Assembly: GCA_965217865.1 (NCBI GenBank)
Contig: CBDCJO010000002.1
Location: 5,568,001-5,632,000, forward strand
Reading direction: 5' to 3'
DNA: 64,000 nucleotides
DNA from: Candidatus Latescibacterota bacterium
GTDB taxonomy: Bacteria > Latescibacterota > UBA2968 > SICM01
Position numbers and translations under genes: made by a program. Shown here piece by piece: positions 39,919-51,372 of this stretch. Each line of letters begins with the position of its first letter. Position 1 is the first letter of the stretch. Under the pieces are notes generated by a model. The model worked only from the letters and a program-made list of their open reading frames with translations, did no database searches and was not told the DNA's origin.

Positions 39919-40553
39919 TACAGTTCCCGGGCTGTCTGTTGGGTCAAGTCCACCGAATCGTCTCGTAAAACCCGCCGAATCGTCTCTCCGATCTTTCGCA
40001 GGGCCCGTGCCCTATGGCTGATCCGGTTCTTGATGTCGGATTTCAAAACCGAAAATGAATCGGAGTAACCGGAAGGCACAAACAGCGGGTCATACCCAAA
40101 TCCACCCGTTCCCCGCGCTCTATTCAGAATCGTGCCTTCACATACGCCCTCTCCGGTGTGACAGGTTCCGTCCGGGAGGATAAAAGCCATCACGCAACGA
40201 AAACGGGCGGTTCGACTTTCCGGCGGGATCCCTTCCATTAAGCGCAGAAGTTTTTCATTATTCTCTCGATCCGCAGACCCGTCCCCGGCAAAACGCGCAG
40301 AGCGAACCCCCGGCTCGCCGTTCAACGCATCCACCTCCAACCCGGAATCGTCCGCCAAGGCGGCAAATTTGAGCTGGCTGGCAACCAGGGAGGCCTTGTG
40401 GATCGCATTGGATTCAAAGGTGTCCCCTTTCTCATCGATCTCCGGCACATCCGGAAAATCATTCAGGGTTCTCACCCAAGCCACATCCCCCAGGATCTCT
40501 CGGATCTCGCGCGCCTTGTGCGCGTTTCGCGTTGCAATCACGAGAGGGTTCAC
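39918..40553 (-). CDS. rdgB: Non-canonical purine NTP pyrophosphatase
   Basis: [40 protein letters not shown]. Confidence 0.95.
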   Translation of the reverse strand: MNPLVIATRNAHKAREIREILGDVAWVRTLNDFPDVPEIDEKGDTFESNAIHKASLVASQLKFAALADDSGLEVDALNGEPGVRSARFAGDGSADRENNEKLLRLMEGIPPESRTARFRCVMAFILPDGTCHTGEGVCEGTILNRARGTGGFGYDPLFVPSGYSDSFSVLKSDIKNRISHRARALRKIGETIRRVLRDDSVDLTQQTAREL

Positions 40554-41272
40554 GGTCGAAGCGCCTCCTGCTGAACGAGGAGGATCTCCCGGATCCCTGA
40601 CTCAGCCAGTTCCAGCATGGCGTCCATCTGTTTTCGATCGAATGGGGAACGCTCCGCCGTCCCTTGTACATCCACAAATGTTCCGGATCCGGTCATCACC
40701 ACGTTCATATCGACCTCGGCGGAAGAATCCTCTTCATAACAGAGATCGAGCATGGGGACGCCATCGACAATGCCCACGCTGACTGCCGCAACGGCATCTC
40801 TCATCGGATCCTCTTGGAGTTTGCCGTCTTCCAGCATCTTTTTCACGGCCTCTGACAGGGCCACATAGGCCCCGCTTACCGAGGCCGTTCGGGTGCCCCC
40901 ATCCGCCTGGATCACGTCGCAGTCGATCGTGATAGTCCGCTCGCCAATCTTTTCCAGGTCAACGACCGCCCGCAGGGATCGACCGATGATTCTTTGGACC
41001 TCCTGCGTCCTTCCCTTTGGCCTTCCGCTCCGGGCTTCACGGAAAACACGGGTTTTAGTCGATCGAGGCAGCATTCCATATTCCGCCGTCAACCATCCAG
41101 ATCTGGAACCGATCAAGAAGGGCGGAACCCTGTTCTCCAAAGTAGCCGTACAGATCACCTTGGTGATCCCGGTTTCGATCAAGGCGGAACCATCCGCGTG
41201 CAGCATGTAAGATGGCGTGATTCGAACAGGCCTGATCTGATCGAGGCTTCTTCCATCAAGTCGAGGGGACAC
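40550..41272 (-). CDS. rph: Ribonuclease PH
   Basis: [34 protein letters not shown]. Confidence 0.97.
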   Translation of the reverse strand: MSPRLDGRSLDQIRPVRITPSYMLHADGSALIETGITKVICTATLENRVPPFLIGSRSGWLTAEYGMLPRSTKTRVFREARSGRPKGRTQEVQRIIGRSLRAVVDLEKIGERTITIDCDVIQADGGTRTASVSGAYVALSEAVKKMLEDGKLQEDPMRDAVAAVSVGIVDGVPMLDLCYEEDSSAEVDMNVVMTGSGTFVDVQGTAERSPFDRKQMDAMLELAESGIREILLVQQEALRP

Positions 41273-41335
41273 ACGGCCTCCCAGAAAAAGAAATCATATA
41301 CCGCTACCGCTCCCTGGAATTAAAAAAAAATACAA

Positions 41336-42241
41336 TCAAGCTTTCATTCTGGATTCTGACTCCTGACTCCTGTATTCTGCCTTTCGACTCCGGACTTTCA
41401 TCCTTCTGGTTATAGGGTCGAAATGCTCACGATAATCGGGGGCTTCAACGTGAATGACACGACACATCTCCTGAAGTCGGGAATAGATCCGTCCCCCGTG
41501 AAGCCCTTTGATCTCCTCATAAGGCCGGTTGGTGGTCACCAGAGTCAACCTTTCATGTTCATATCGCGTGTCAACAAGGTTGTAGAGCATCTCCTGCTCC
41601 CACTCGGTGTTTCGCTGAACGCCGAAGTCGTCGATCACCAGGCATGGCACGGTGCTCAACTCTTCAAGGATGGTCCATGTCTGGCCATAGCGGCCGCTCT
41701 CTTCATTGTATGTGCTCCGCAGTTTCTCAAAATATTGGAGGGAGAGGTCCAGGAACTTGCTCGGGGTTGCAAAGCGGAAGATAAGCTCGTTTAACATCAC
41801 ACAACTCAACATCGTCTTTCCATTTCCCGGCAGTCCATGCAGCAGGATACCCCTTGGACTTTCTCCACGTTGACGCGTTTCAATCAGGCTCATCACCATG
41901 GCCTTTAAATCTTGAGCCCCAACGATCTCTGCGCCGTCCGGCCCCACCTGATGGAAATCATCCAGGAACTTCCATTGATACTTTCTCGGGACGTTCGATT
42001 TCGCGAAAAGCCGCTGGACCTTAATAAGACGCAGGCGGAACGGCCGACAGGGGCACCAATGCGCCTCGAATTGCGCATCAAAATACTGGAAGGGGGTCTT
42101 TCCCCCGCATCGGCAGGCCTCATTCACACAGGAACAGAGATTTGTCTCCCCGAATTGTCCGACGACGACCTGGTTGTCGTAAAGATATCCGAGTCCGTCA
42201 CAAAGTCGGCATGCTCCCACACGATCCCTTAAGCCTTGCAT
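41336..42241 (-). CDS. DnaC/DnaI/IstB-like AAA+ ATPase with Cys-rich N-terminus
   Basis: CRLC, CSC, CRC and CPC clusters; GLPGNGKT; LVIDDFG; TTN; RIYSRL; DYR. Confidence 0.85.
   Translation of the reverse strand: MQGLRDRVGACRLCDGLGYLYDNQVVVGQFGETNLCSCVNEACRCGGKTPFQYFDAQFEAHWCPCRPFRLRLIKVQRLFAKSNVPRKYQWKFLDDFHQVGPDGAEIVGAQDLKAMVMSLIETRQRGESPRGILLHGLPGNGKTMLSCVMLNELIFRFATPSKFLDLSLQYFEKLRSTYNEESGRYGQTWTILEELSTVPCLVIDDFGVQRNTEWEQEMLYNLVDTRYEHERLTLVTTNRPYEEIKGLHGGRIYSRLQEMCRVIHVEAPDYREHFDPITRRMKVRSRKAEYRSQESESRMKA
41346..41401. repeat. Eight degenerate heptamer tandem repeats at the 3' end of the ATPase gene
   Basis: ATTCTGG ATTCTGA CTCCTGA CTCCTGT ATTCTGC CTTTCGA CTCCGGA CTTTCAT. Confidence 0.75.
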
Positions 42242-43611
42242 CAGTTGGTTGCCACCTCCCGCTCCATCTTACCCTTGAACGTGCGGATACCTTCGAAAAT
42301 CGCTTTTGCGATCTGCCGCAGAAACGGATCCCGTCGAAGGAGACGCTCCTCCTGGGGGTTTGAGATAAAAGCCATCTCTACGAGCACGCTCGGCATTCGG
42401 GCTTGAGTGCCCTTCATCACATAGAATCCGGCTTGCTTCACCCCCCGGCTCTTCAACCTCCCACCCGCTCCAATCACGGCGCTTCTTATCTCAGCGGCCA
42501 GGTTTTGACTCTCTTTGAGATACTGATCCGAGGACATCCCTTCAAAGATCTGACGCAGGACTGAATCATCCGAGGTCAGATCCTTCCCCTCAAATGCCAG
42601 AGCCGCATTCTCACGTCGGGCTACTTCCCTCGCCTCCTCCGTCTGAGCCTCCGAAAGGAAGTAGATTTCAGTCCCTCGAACGATCCCCCTGGCGGTTGAA
42701 TTGCAGTGGAGACTGATAAACATGCGGCCATCGTTTTCAAGGGCAATCCTTGCCCTTTCATCCAGTGGAACAAACTCGTCCGTAGATCGCGTCAGAACCG
42801 CCCGAAGGTGGAGCCGACGCTCGATAAGCTTCTTGAGGTGATGGGCAACAATCAGAGCGACCTTCTTCTCCTGGAGCCCAGTCGGACCCGTGGCACCCAC
42901 ATCCTTACCCCCGTGTCCGGGGTCGATGATGACGGTGTGAATGATCCACGGTTCGCGACCGTCGGCCATCTCCGATTCCACCCCTTTCCTGGGTTTAGGG
43001 GGCCCGGTTTTCCCCTTTGTCGAACGCTGCTCCCCCCTGCTAACTTGCCGGCCCTCCTCTCTGACCTCCGGTCGATCCGTCTTATCGACGGGTTCCTTTT
43101 CGTTTTTAACCCTTCCTGAGTCCCTGGCTTTTTCGCGCCCCCTCCCGGCCTGGACGACTTTATCCGCTCCCTTCGGCTTTCCTTCCGAATCCCGCTTGCC
43201 CATCCACCCCGGCACATCGACTCGAATCTCACACCCGCAAAGCGGTTTGACGATCGGAAGAAACCACTTCACGGGAACGAAAACCGATCCCTCGAACCAC
43301 CTCGGTGCGACGGGCATACGGACGGAGGACCGACCCACTGCGATCACAGCCGCACCGGGTGTGACCACGATACGTTCCTCCGACAATTGCAATATCAGCT
43401 TCTGAGACCCCGGCAGCCACGCAATCGTCGCACCGATAACGCGGGCAAGGGAAAGGAGGGAAACAAATGGCTTGCCTTCCACCCATACGGCGTTAAGCGT
43501 TCTTCCTCCAGACCCTTCTCCGCGGGCGACTCCCGGAAATACGAGACAGAAGGCGACCAAAAGGATCGCTGAGATCATCTCCGTGGGTAATTTTTTCCTT
43601 GGCACCTTCAT
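42241..43611 (-). CDS. N-acetylmuramoyl-L-alanine amidase (Amidase_3) with N-terminal stalk-like domain
   Basis: Signal peptide; IIDPGHGG.D.GA, EK, ISLHCN, PSVLVEMAFISN. Confidence 0.93.
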   Translation of the reverse strand: MKVPRKKLPTEMISAILLVAFCLVFPGVARGEGSGGRTLNAVWVEGKPFVSLLSLARVIGATIAWLPGSQKLILQLSEERIVVTPGAAVIAVGRSSVRMPVAPRWFEGSVFVPVKWFLPIVKPLCGCEIRVDVPGWMGKRDSEGKPKGADKVVQAGRGREKARDSGRVKNEKEPVDKTDRPEVREEGRQVSRGEQRSTKGKTGPPKPRKGVESEMADGREPWIIHTVIIDPGHGGKDVGATGPTGLQEKKVALIVAHHLKKLIERRLHLRAVLTRSTDEFVPLDERARIALENDGRMFISLHCNSTARGIVRGTEIYFLSEAQTEEAREVARRENAALAFEGKDLTSDDSVLRQIFEGMSSDQYLKESQNLAAEIRSAVIGAGGRLKSRGVKQAGFYVMKGTQARMPSVLVEMAFISNPQEERLLRRDPFLRQIAKAIFEGIRTFKGKMEREVATN

Positions 43612-43617
43612 GGATAT

Positions 43618-44082
43618 CTAAATCTTTCCCCTGGCCCTCAACGCCGCTTTGACTTCCCTTTCAGCCTCCCGGCGGGCGAGCTCCTCTCGACGATCGTGAT
43701 GCTTTTTTCCTCTTGCAAGGGCCAGCTCCACCTTGGCCTTTCCACTTCGGAAATATAGCTTCAGGGGAACCAGCGTTAAACCCCGACCATCCACCCGCCC
43801 GATCAAACGGTCGATCTCCCTACGATGCATCAGCAGCTTCCGCCGCCTGGTCGGGTCATGGTTGAAGCGATTCCCCGCTTCGTATTCCTCGATGTGGGCG
43901 TTAATCAGGTACGCCTCACCACCATCAACCCTCGCGTAGCTCTCCTGCAGGCTTGCCCGACCCCTCCTGAGTGACTTGACCTCCGTCCCCCGCAACACCA
44001 GCCCGGCTTCAAATTGCTCCACGATGTGGTAATTGTGCCTTGCCCGACGATTCTGGGCGATAATTTTGATAGAATCTTCCAT
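43618..44082 (-). CDS. smpB: SsrA-binding protein
   Basis: [36 protein letters not shown]. Confidence 0.97.
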   Translation of the reverse strand: MEDSIKIIAQNRRARHNYHIVEQFEAGLVLRGTEVKSLRRGRASLQESYARVDGGEAYLINAHIEEYEAGNRFNHDPTRRRKLLMHRREIDRLIGRVDGRGLTLVPLKLYFRSGKAKVELALARGKKHHDRREELARREAEREVKAALRARGKI

Positions 44083-44192
44083 AAGTATACAATAAACAAA
44101 TTATTAAACATCAATAATCCGGGATGAACCTAAACGCACGCCAAAAACCCTTTCAGAATATAGAGGATTGACCCCGCAAAGTCAATTTAGTC

Positions 44193-44221
44193 TTGCGACC
44201 AACAGGCCACTATGGTATATT
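44193..44221 (+). promoter_or_regulatory. Sigma-70-type promoter of groEL
   Basis: TTGCGA-N17-TATATT with TG extension; a divergent TTGACT-N17-TATATT on the minus strand (44185-44157) would serve smpB. Confidence 0.6.
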
Positions 44222-44233
44222 TAATCCTTCGGA

Positions 44234-44260
44234 TTAGCACTCTATCCCGGAGAGTGCTAA
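44234..44260. promoter_or_regulatory. CIRCE element (HrcA operator)
   Basis: Exact TTAGCACTC-N9-GAGTGCTAA upstream of groEL. Confidence 0.96.
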
Positions 44261-44284
44261 TAATTCTGCATTTCATTCGATTAA

Positions 44285-45967
<1,683 letters not shown>

Positions 45968-46002
45968 GCTCCGAAGCGGGAAACCCCTCAAATCCTAACG
46001 AT

Positions 46003-46040
46003 CAGGCCCCCATCGACGAAGTTGGTGGGGGCCTGTTGCG
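46003..46040 (+). terminator. Hairpin after groEL
   Basis: CAGGCCCCCATCGAC-GAA-GTTGGTGGGGGCCTG stem (with G-U pairs), weak U tract. Confidence 0.65.
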
Positions 46041-46108
46041 TCTTCCTCCCGCTCAAAATCCCCGGTTTCCGTTCAAGGCCGATTCAAGACGCAAGCACAA
46101 AACGGCGC

Positions 46109-46138
46109 TTGACATCTTTTCCCGAGAATGCCTATATT
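46109..46138 (+). promoter_or_regulatory. Sigma-70-type promoter of the fol/pan operon
   Basis: TTGACA-N18-TATATT. Confidence 0.55.
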
Positions 46139-46147
46139 GGACCGCAT

Positions 46148-46522
46148 ATGGGAGTTTCCCGATGCGTCGACATCCTGCGCCTTAAGAAAATGACCTTCCA
46201 CGGGTATCACGGCCTTTTTCCCGAGGAACGAAAACTGGGCCAGAAATATGAAATCGATGTCGAGATACGTGCGGACAACCTCACGCCCTCGGGCGAGCAG
46301 CCTGTCTTCGACTACACGCAGATCTACGACCATATCGAAGCCATCGTCACCAAGGAATCCTACAGATTAATCGAATCCCTGGCCGATCGGATCGCTACCT
46401 CCCTTGTCGAAACCTTTCGGATTCCCGAAATTTTCTTGCGCGTTTTCAAACCCGCCCCCCCTTTTCGAGGGCACTTTGATGGTGTTGAGGTCGAAATGGT
46501 CCGCAAGGACATCCGACGATGA
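46148..46522 (+). CDS. folB: Dihydroneopterin aldolase
   Basis: FHGYHG...EERKLGQ, DY, LIESLA, KP.PP. Confidence 0.9.
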   Translation: MGVSRCVDILRLKKMTFHGYHGLFPEERKLGQKYEIDVEIRADNLTPSGEQPVFDYTQIYDHIEAIVTKESYRLIESLADRIATSLVETFRIPEIFLRVFKPAPPFRGHFDGVEVEMVRKDIRR

Positions 46523-47043
46523 ACACGGCCTACATCGGCCTGGGATCGAACCTCGGAAATAGAAAACGGATGTTGGAGGAGGCGCTCCGCCTTCTCGATG
46601 GCCGTCCGGACATCTGCGTGACCGACGTCTCACCCGTCTATGAAACTGACCCGATCGGGATCCTCGACCAACCCCGCTTCCTGAATGCCGCCGCGAGGCT
46701 TTCAACCCCCTTTAGCCCTCAAGATCTCCTGGATTCTCTGCTGGGGGTCGAACTTCAAATGGGCCGAAAAAGGGAACGAAAGTGGGGCCCCCGCACCATC
46801 GATCTTGACCTGCTCCTCTACGAAAGCGCCATTATCCGCCAGAAGGACCTTATCGTTCCGCATCCTTTCCTTGTGGAGAGACCATTCGTCCTGGCCCCCC
46901 TGTGCGACCTGGATGATAAGATAGTCCACCCGATCCTGATGCGGACCCTTCGCGAACTCCTGGGAGATCTTACCCGCCAACCCCTCATCCCCGTGGATGG
47001 GCTGAGATGGAAAAGGGAAAAAAACACAGACGGCAAACAATAG
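46519..47043 (+). CDS. folK: 2-amino-4-hydroxy-6-hydroxymethyldihydropteridine diphosphokinase
   Basis: AYIGLGSNLG, FLNAA, WGPRTIDLDLL, PHP...R.FVL.PL. Confidence 0.96.
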   Translation: MNTAYIGLGSNLGNRKRMLEEALRLLDGRPDICVTDVSPVYETDPIGILDQPRFLNAAARLSTPFSPQDLLDSLLGVELQMGRKRERKWGPRTIDLDLLLYESAIIRQKDLIVPHPFLVERPFVLAPLCDLDDKIVHPILMRTLRELLGDLTRQPLIPVDGLRWKREKNTDGKQ

Positions 47044-47142
47044 GAAAGGGACGGGGGGAAGAAAAAGAAGGTCCTGTTGCAAGTTGCACATTGCAGGGAA
47101 AAAATGGCTGTTTTCTGCTCCTGATCCTTCCCGTGTCACAAT

Positions 47143-47793
47143 ATGGCTCAACCTAAATACATTGCTGTCGAAGGGGTCATCGGGGCTGGAAAGACCTCGC
47201 TTGCGAGAGTACTTGGTGAAAGGTTGGACGCCAGCCTTATCCTGGAAGAGGCGGAGGAAAACCCGTTCCTCCCCCTCTTCTATGAAGATCCCGCTCACTA
47301 TGCTTTTCAAACCCAGGTATTTTTTCTTCTGAGCCGGTTCCGACAGCAGGAGTCCCTGGTCCAGACAGACTTGTTTCTTTCCACCGTAATCATCGATTAT
47401 CTCTTCGCCAAAGACAGCATCTTCGCCCACCTGACCCTTAACGACGATGAGATCGCCCTCTACAACGCGATTGCACGCCAGCTGGTCCACCGGGTGACCC
47501 GTCCGGATCTTGTGATCTATCTGCAGAACCACACGGACAGGTTGATGCAGCATATCAGGTCTCGGGGGAGGGCTTATGAAAGGGACATCGAACACGATTA
47601 CATCCAGAAGTTAAACGAGGCGTACAACCAATTTTTCTTCCACTATACCGAGGCCCCCCTTCTCGTCATCAACGCATCCGAGATCGACTTTGTGAGAAAC
47701 CAGTCGGATCTGGACGAACTTCTCCACGCCATCGAAAACCCGCCTGTGGGCACGAGGTATCTTCACCCGGTCAGTCCTGAAGACCGGACTTAA
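47143..47793 (+). CDS. Deoxynucleoside kinase
   Basis: IAVEGVIGAGKT, NPFL..FY, PDLVIYL, RGR.YE. Confidence 0.92.
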   Translation: MAQPKYIAVEGVIGAGKTSLARVLGERLDASLILEEAEENPFLPLFYEDPAHYAFQTQVFFLLSRFRQQESLVQTDLFLSTVIIDYLFAKDSIFAHLTLNDDEIALYNAIARQLVHRVTRPDLVIYLQNHTDRLMQHIRSRGRAYERDIEHDYIQKLNEAYNQFFFHYTEAPLLVINASEIDFVRNQSDLDELLHAIENPPVGTRYLHPVSPEDRT

Positions 47794-47817
47794 ATCCCGA
47801 TCCCGGGGATATCGAAC

Positions 47818-48714
47818 ATGCTGAACACCAAAGCCGTTGGAAAGAAAAATAACAGCGGATTTTTGATCGCGAAGAAAAAGGCCAACAAAAAAATTACAAT
47901 CTTGACCTGTTACGACTATCCGACGGCCGTCCTGGAAGACAAGGCCGGAATCGATATCGTCTTTGTCGGCGACAGCGTGGGGACGAATGTCCTGGGTTAT
48001 GAAAGCGAAACCGACGTAACCCTTGAGGATATGATCCACCATCTCAAAGCGGTCCAGAGGGGGGTGACCCATGCCTATCTCCTGGTCGACATGCCTTACG
48101 GGACCCACGATACCCCCGATGACGCATTGAAGAACGCAAATACCTTGATTTCCCACGGAGCGAACGGGGTCAAGTTGGAAGGGGGCCAAGAAAAGGAAGC
48201 GGTTGTCCAGCATCTGGCGGAGAGTGGCATTGAGGTCTGTTGCCATCTCGGCCTCAACCCTCAAATCCACGGAACCAGGAGGCGGGTACAGGGAAAAACC
48301 TTTCACGCCGCTAAAACCTTAATTCAAAGCGCCCTGGCCTTACAGGATGCCGGGGCGAGGATGATCGTTTTTGAACTGATCCCAGAAGAACTTGGGAGGC
48401 TTTTAACTCAAAAATTGAGAATCCCAACGATCGGGATCGGGGCGGGCAGATACTGCGACGGCCAGGTCCTCATCATTAACGATCTCCTTGGAATTACCCC
48501 ATTCGATCTGATACACGCAAAGAAGTATCAGAACTATCAGGAGAAGACCTTTCAAGCGATCTCCAATTATAAAGGGGATGTGGAAAATCATCGTTTTCCG
48601 GTAGAAGCCAACGTGATAAAGATGGACCAAGTCGAATTAACAAAATTGGAGGAATGGGGCCAAAATACACCGGATATTCACGAACGGGAACCAGGGCATC
48701 CCCATAAAGCATAA
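47818..48714 (+). CDS. panB: 3-methyl-2-oxobutanoate hydroxymethyltransferase
   Basis: TCYDY, VGDS, DMPY, VKLEGG, HLGLNPQ, TIGIGAG..CDGQVL. Confidence 0.95.
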   Translation: MLNTKAVGKKNNSGFLIAKKKANKKITILTCYDYPTAVLEDKAGIDIVFVGDSVGTNVLGYESETDVTLEDMIHHLKAVQRGVTHAYLLVDMPYGTHDTPDDALKNANTLISHGANGVKLEGGQEKEAVVQHLAESGIEVCCHLGLNPQIHGTRRRVQGKTFHAAKTLIQSALALQDAGARMIVFELIPEELGRLLTQKLRIPTIGIGAGRYCDGQVLIINDLLGITPFDLIHAKKYQNYQEKTFQAISNYKGDVENHRFPVEANVIKMDQVELTKLEEWGQNTPDIHEREPGHPHKA

Positions 48715-48746
48715 AATTATATAAATGCTTTAACACCCTGTGCCGC

Positions 48747-49592
48747 ATGAGATTGATCAGTTCTATCTCCGACATGCAAGACGCCGCGGACTGCCACCGT
48801 TCCGAGGGTCGCGTCATCGGCCTCGTCCCCACGATGGGCTTTCTCCACGAGGGGCACACGAGCCTGATTCGGTTGGCCAAAGATCGCTCTGATCTCGCAG
48901 TCGTAAGCCTTTTCGTTAATCCACTCCAATTCGGACCGAATGAGGACTACCAGACCTATCCTCGAAACCTCGAAGTGGACCTCAGGCTTATTGAAGAAAC
49001 AGGTGGGGAGATCGTCTTCATCCCTCCGACCGACGAGATGTACCCCGATGATTTTTCGACTCACGTCCACGTCGAAGGGTTGGCGGATAACCTTTGTGGG
49101 GCATCAAGGCCCGGTCATTTTCGAGGTGTGACCACAGTGGTCACAAAGCTCCTGGCGATTGTCAAGCCCCACCTTGCCGTCTTCGGCCAAAAAGACGCCC
49201 AACAGGCCCTTATCATCCGCCGGATGGTAAGGGATTTAAATTTCGATACCGAGATCCTCATTGGGCCAACGATACGCGAACCTGATGGATTGGCGATAAG
49301 TTCCCGAAACGTATACCTCGATCCGGAGCAGAGGCAGGAAGCAGCGTTGCTCTACCGCGCCCTCCAGGTTGCGCATGATCTCATCCAAGCCGGCGAAAGA
49401 GACGCGGAAAAAATCGTTCAAGGCATTCGAAATCTCATCTCCGAGAGTCCCAGCGCACGGATAGACTACGTCTCGATCGTGGATACGGATCGGCTGAAAC
49501 CACGAGATCGAATTTCAGGCGAAGTACTCATTGCCGTCGCGGTCCGTTTCGGACGCGGTAGGTTGATCGACAACATCATCATGAAGACCTAA
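48747..49592 (+). CDS. panC: Pantoate--beta-alanine ligase
   Basis: VPTMGFLHEGH, FVNPLQF, RPGHFRGV, FGQKDAQQ, RLIDN. Confidence 0.97.
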   Translation: MRLISSISDMQDAADCHRSEGRVIGLVPTMGFLHEGHTSLIRLAKDRSDLAVVSLFVNPLQFGPNEDYQTYPRNLEVDLRLIEETGGEIVFIPPTDEMYPDDFSTHVHVEGLADNLCGASRPGHFRGVTTVVTKLLAIVKPHLAVFGQKDAQQALIIRRMVRDLNFDTEILIGPTIREPDGLAISSRNVYLDPEQRQEAALLYRALQVAHDLIQAGERDAEKIVQGIRNLISESPSARIDYVSIVDTDRLKPRDRISGEVLIAVAVRFGRGRLIDNIIMKT

Positions 49593-49746
49593 AGACTCAA
49601 AATGGAGTGTATTTACATATACCTTGCCACCCATGCGAAGTTTTGTTATCTTTATGTTCTACAATGCAGTAGATCGTCATTTATCGTTTATTACCCGTGG
49701 CTTATCCCCTTATTCCCTATAAGTCTTTCTTGAAAGGAGCGGCAAT

Positions 49747-50361
49747 ATGGCCCATTCACTCCCCGATCTCCCCTATCCTCACGATGCCTTGGAACCCCAT
49801 ATCGACTCCAGAACTATGGAGATCCATCACGGGAAACACCACAACACCTATGTGACGAACCTGAATAAAGCCCTTGCAGCCCACCCGGAACTTCAAGCCA
49901 AGAGCGTTGAGGACCTGATTTCAGACCTGAACAGCGTGCCCGAGGCGATCCGAACCGCCGTCAGGAACAACGGAGGCGGTCACGCAAACCACAGCATGTT
50001 CTGGCCGAGTATGAAAAAAGGCGGTGGAGGGAAACCTTCCGGTGACCTGGCTGCCGCCATCGATAAAGCTCTGGGGAGCTTTTCCGCCTTCAAAGAGCAA
50101 TTTTCAAACGCGGCTACAACTCGCTTCGGAAGCGGTTGGGCGTGGCTCTCCATGGATTCGGGGGGGTCCCTTGTTGTGGAATCAACGCCGAATCAGGATA
50201 ACCCTTTGACGGAGGGCCGGGTGCCCATCCTCGGCCTGGACGTCTGGGAGCACGCCTATTACCTGAACTATCAAAATCGCCGTCCTGACTACATCGCCGC
50301 GTTTTGGAATGTGGTCAACTGGGATGCGGTCGCGGATCGGTACAACAAAGCCCGTGGTTAA
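49747..50361 (+). CDS. sodA: Mn/Fe superoxide dismutase
   Basis: [30 protein letters not shown]. Confidence 0.95.
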   Translation: MAHSLPDLPYPHDALEPHIDSRTMEIHHGKHHNTYVTNLNKALAAHPELQAKSVEDLISDLNSVPEAIRTAVRNNGGGHANHSMFWPSMKKGGGGKPSGDLAAAIDKALGSFSAFKEQFSNAATTRFGSGWAWLSMDSGGSLVVESTPNQDNPLTEGRVPILGLDVWEHAYYLNYQNRRPDYIAAFWNVVNWDAVADRYNKARG

Positions 50362-50394
50362 AATCAGGCCTAATCCACCAGGGAGATTGACTCG

Positions 50395-50874
50395 ATGAGC
50401 GTTCTTGTGGGGAACAAGGCCCCCGATTTTACCCTGAAGAACAAGAACGATGAGGGGATAATAGACGTAAGCCTCTCGTCATTTCAAGGAGAGCAGAACG
50501 TTGTCCTCCTCTTTTTTCCGCTTGCCTACACAGGCGTCTGTACAGAAGAGATGTGTAAGGTGAGGGATGGGATCGGGGACTATCAAAATCTCAATGCTCA
50601 GGTCCTGGGCATCAGCGTGGATAGCCCCTTCGCACAGGAGGCCTGGGCGAAGGCGGAGAATCTGAATTTTCCCCTGCTGAGCGATTTTAACAAGGAGGTC
50701 TGCTCGGCCTACGGATCCCAATATGAAGATCTGCTCGGGTTCAAGGGGGTTGCGAAAAGATCCGCATTTGTCATCGACAAAGAGGGGGTCGTTCATTATG
50801 CATCCATATCCGACGATGCCAAGAAAATCCCCGACTTCAACGCCATTAAGGCGTGTTTGGAATCCCTGAGCTGA
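50395..50874 (+). CDS. Peroxiredoxin (AhpE/Bcp-like)
   Basis: FFPLAYTGVCTEEMC (PxxxTxxC), GISVDS, LLSDFN. Confidence 0.9.
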   Translation: MSVLVGNKAPDFTLKNKNDEGIIDVSLSSFQGEQNVVLLFFPLAYTGVCTEEMCKVRDGIGDYQNLNAQVLGISVDSPFAQEAWAKAENLNFPLLSDFNKEVCSAYGSQYEDLLGFKGVAKRSAFVIDKEGVVHYASISDDAKKIPDFNAIKACLESLS

Positions 50875-50929
50875 ACACGAGCTCCGATTTTCTTCTCCCC
50901 AGTGAAAGTTCAGGAGGTTACTTAATAGG

Positions 50930-51253
50930 ATGATCAACGTTACCGAAACCGCTGCTCAAAAAATCAAGTCCCTTCTGAATGAGCAGGGAAAATCCGGTTA
51001 CGGTCTCCGAATGAAGGTAGTTGGAGGGGGCTGTTCTGGGCTCTCTTATAAGCTCGATTTCGACAAAGATCCTACAAACCAGGATACCGTCATCGAAGAG
51101 CACGGTGTGAAGGTCTTTGTGGACATGAAGAGCGCCCTCTATCTCGCCGGCACCGAATTGGACTATAAGGACCAGCTGATGGACGCGGGGTTCAAAATCA
51201 ACAACCCCAACGCCAAGTCCACCTGCGGCTGCGGTGAATCCTTTAGCGCCTGA
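50930..51253 (+). CDS. A-type Fe-S carrier (IscA/ErpA/HesB)
   Basis: GGGCSGLSY, NPNAKSTCGCGESF. Confidence 0.95.
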   Translation: MINVTETAAQKIKSLLNEQGKSGYGLRMKVVGGGCSGLSYKLDFDKDPTNQDTVIEEHGVKVFVDMKSALYLAGTELDYKDQLMDAGFKINNPNAKSTCGCGESFSA

Positions 51254-51274
51254 GCGCCAGCCCGATAATTTTTC

Positions 51275-51308
51275 AGTGAGCGGTTGTCTCTTACCCGCTC
51301 ACTTCTAT
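51275..51308 (+). terminator. Hairpin after iscA/erpA
   Basis: AGTGAGCGG (51275-51283)/CCGCTCACT (51295-51303). Confidence 0.5.
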
Positions 51309-51372
51309 TGCACCGCCGGAATGCGCGGATTTTCCGGTCAGGACTGAGCTTCTTTCACCCTGTGAGGTTGCT

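Noticed and set aside
41336-42241. IS21 element suggested by the IstB-like ATPase
   Set aside because: No IstA transposase, terminal repeats or target duplication nearby
44167-44186. ATTGAC-N8-GTCAAT inverted repeat as a regulator site
   Set aside because: The right arm is explained by the -35 box of the divergent smpB promoter; no second copy seen
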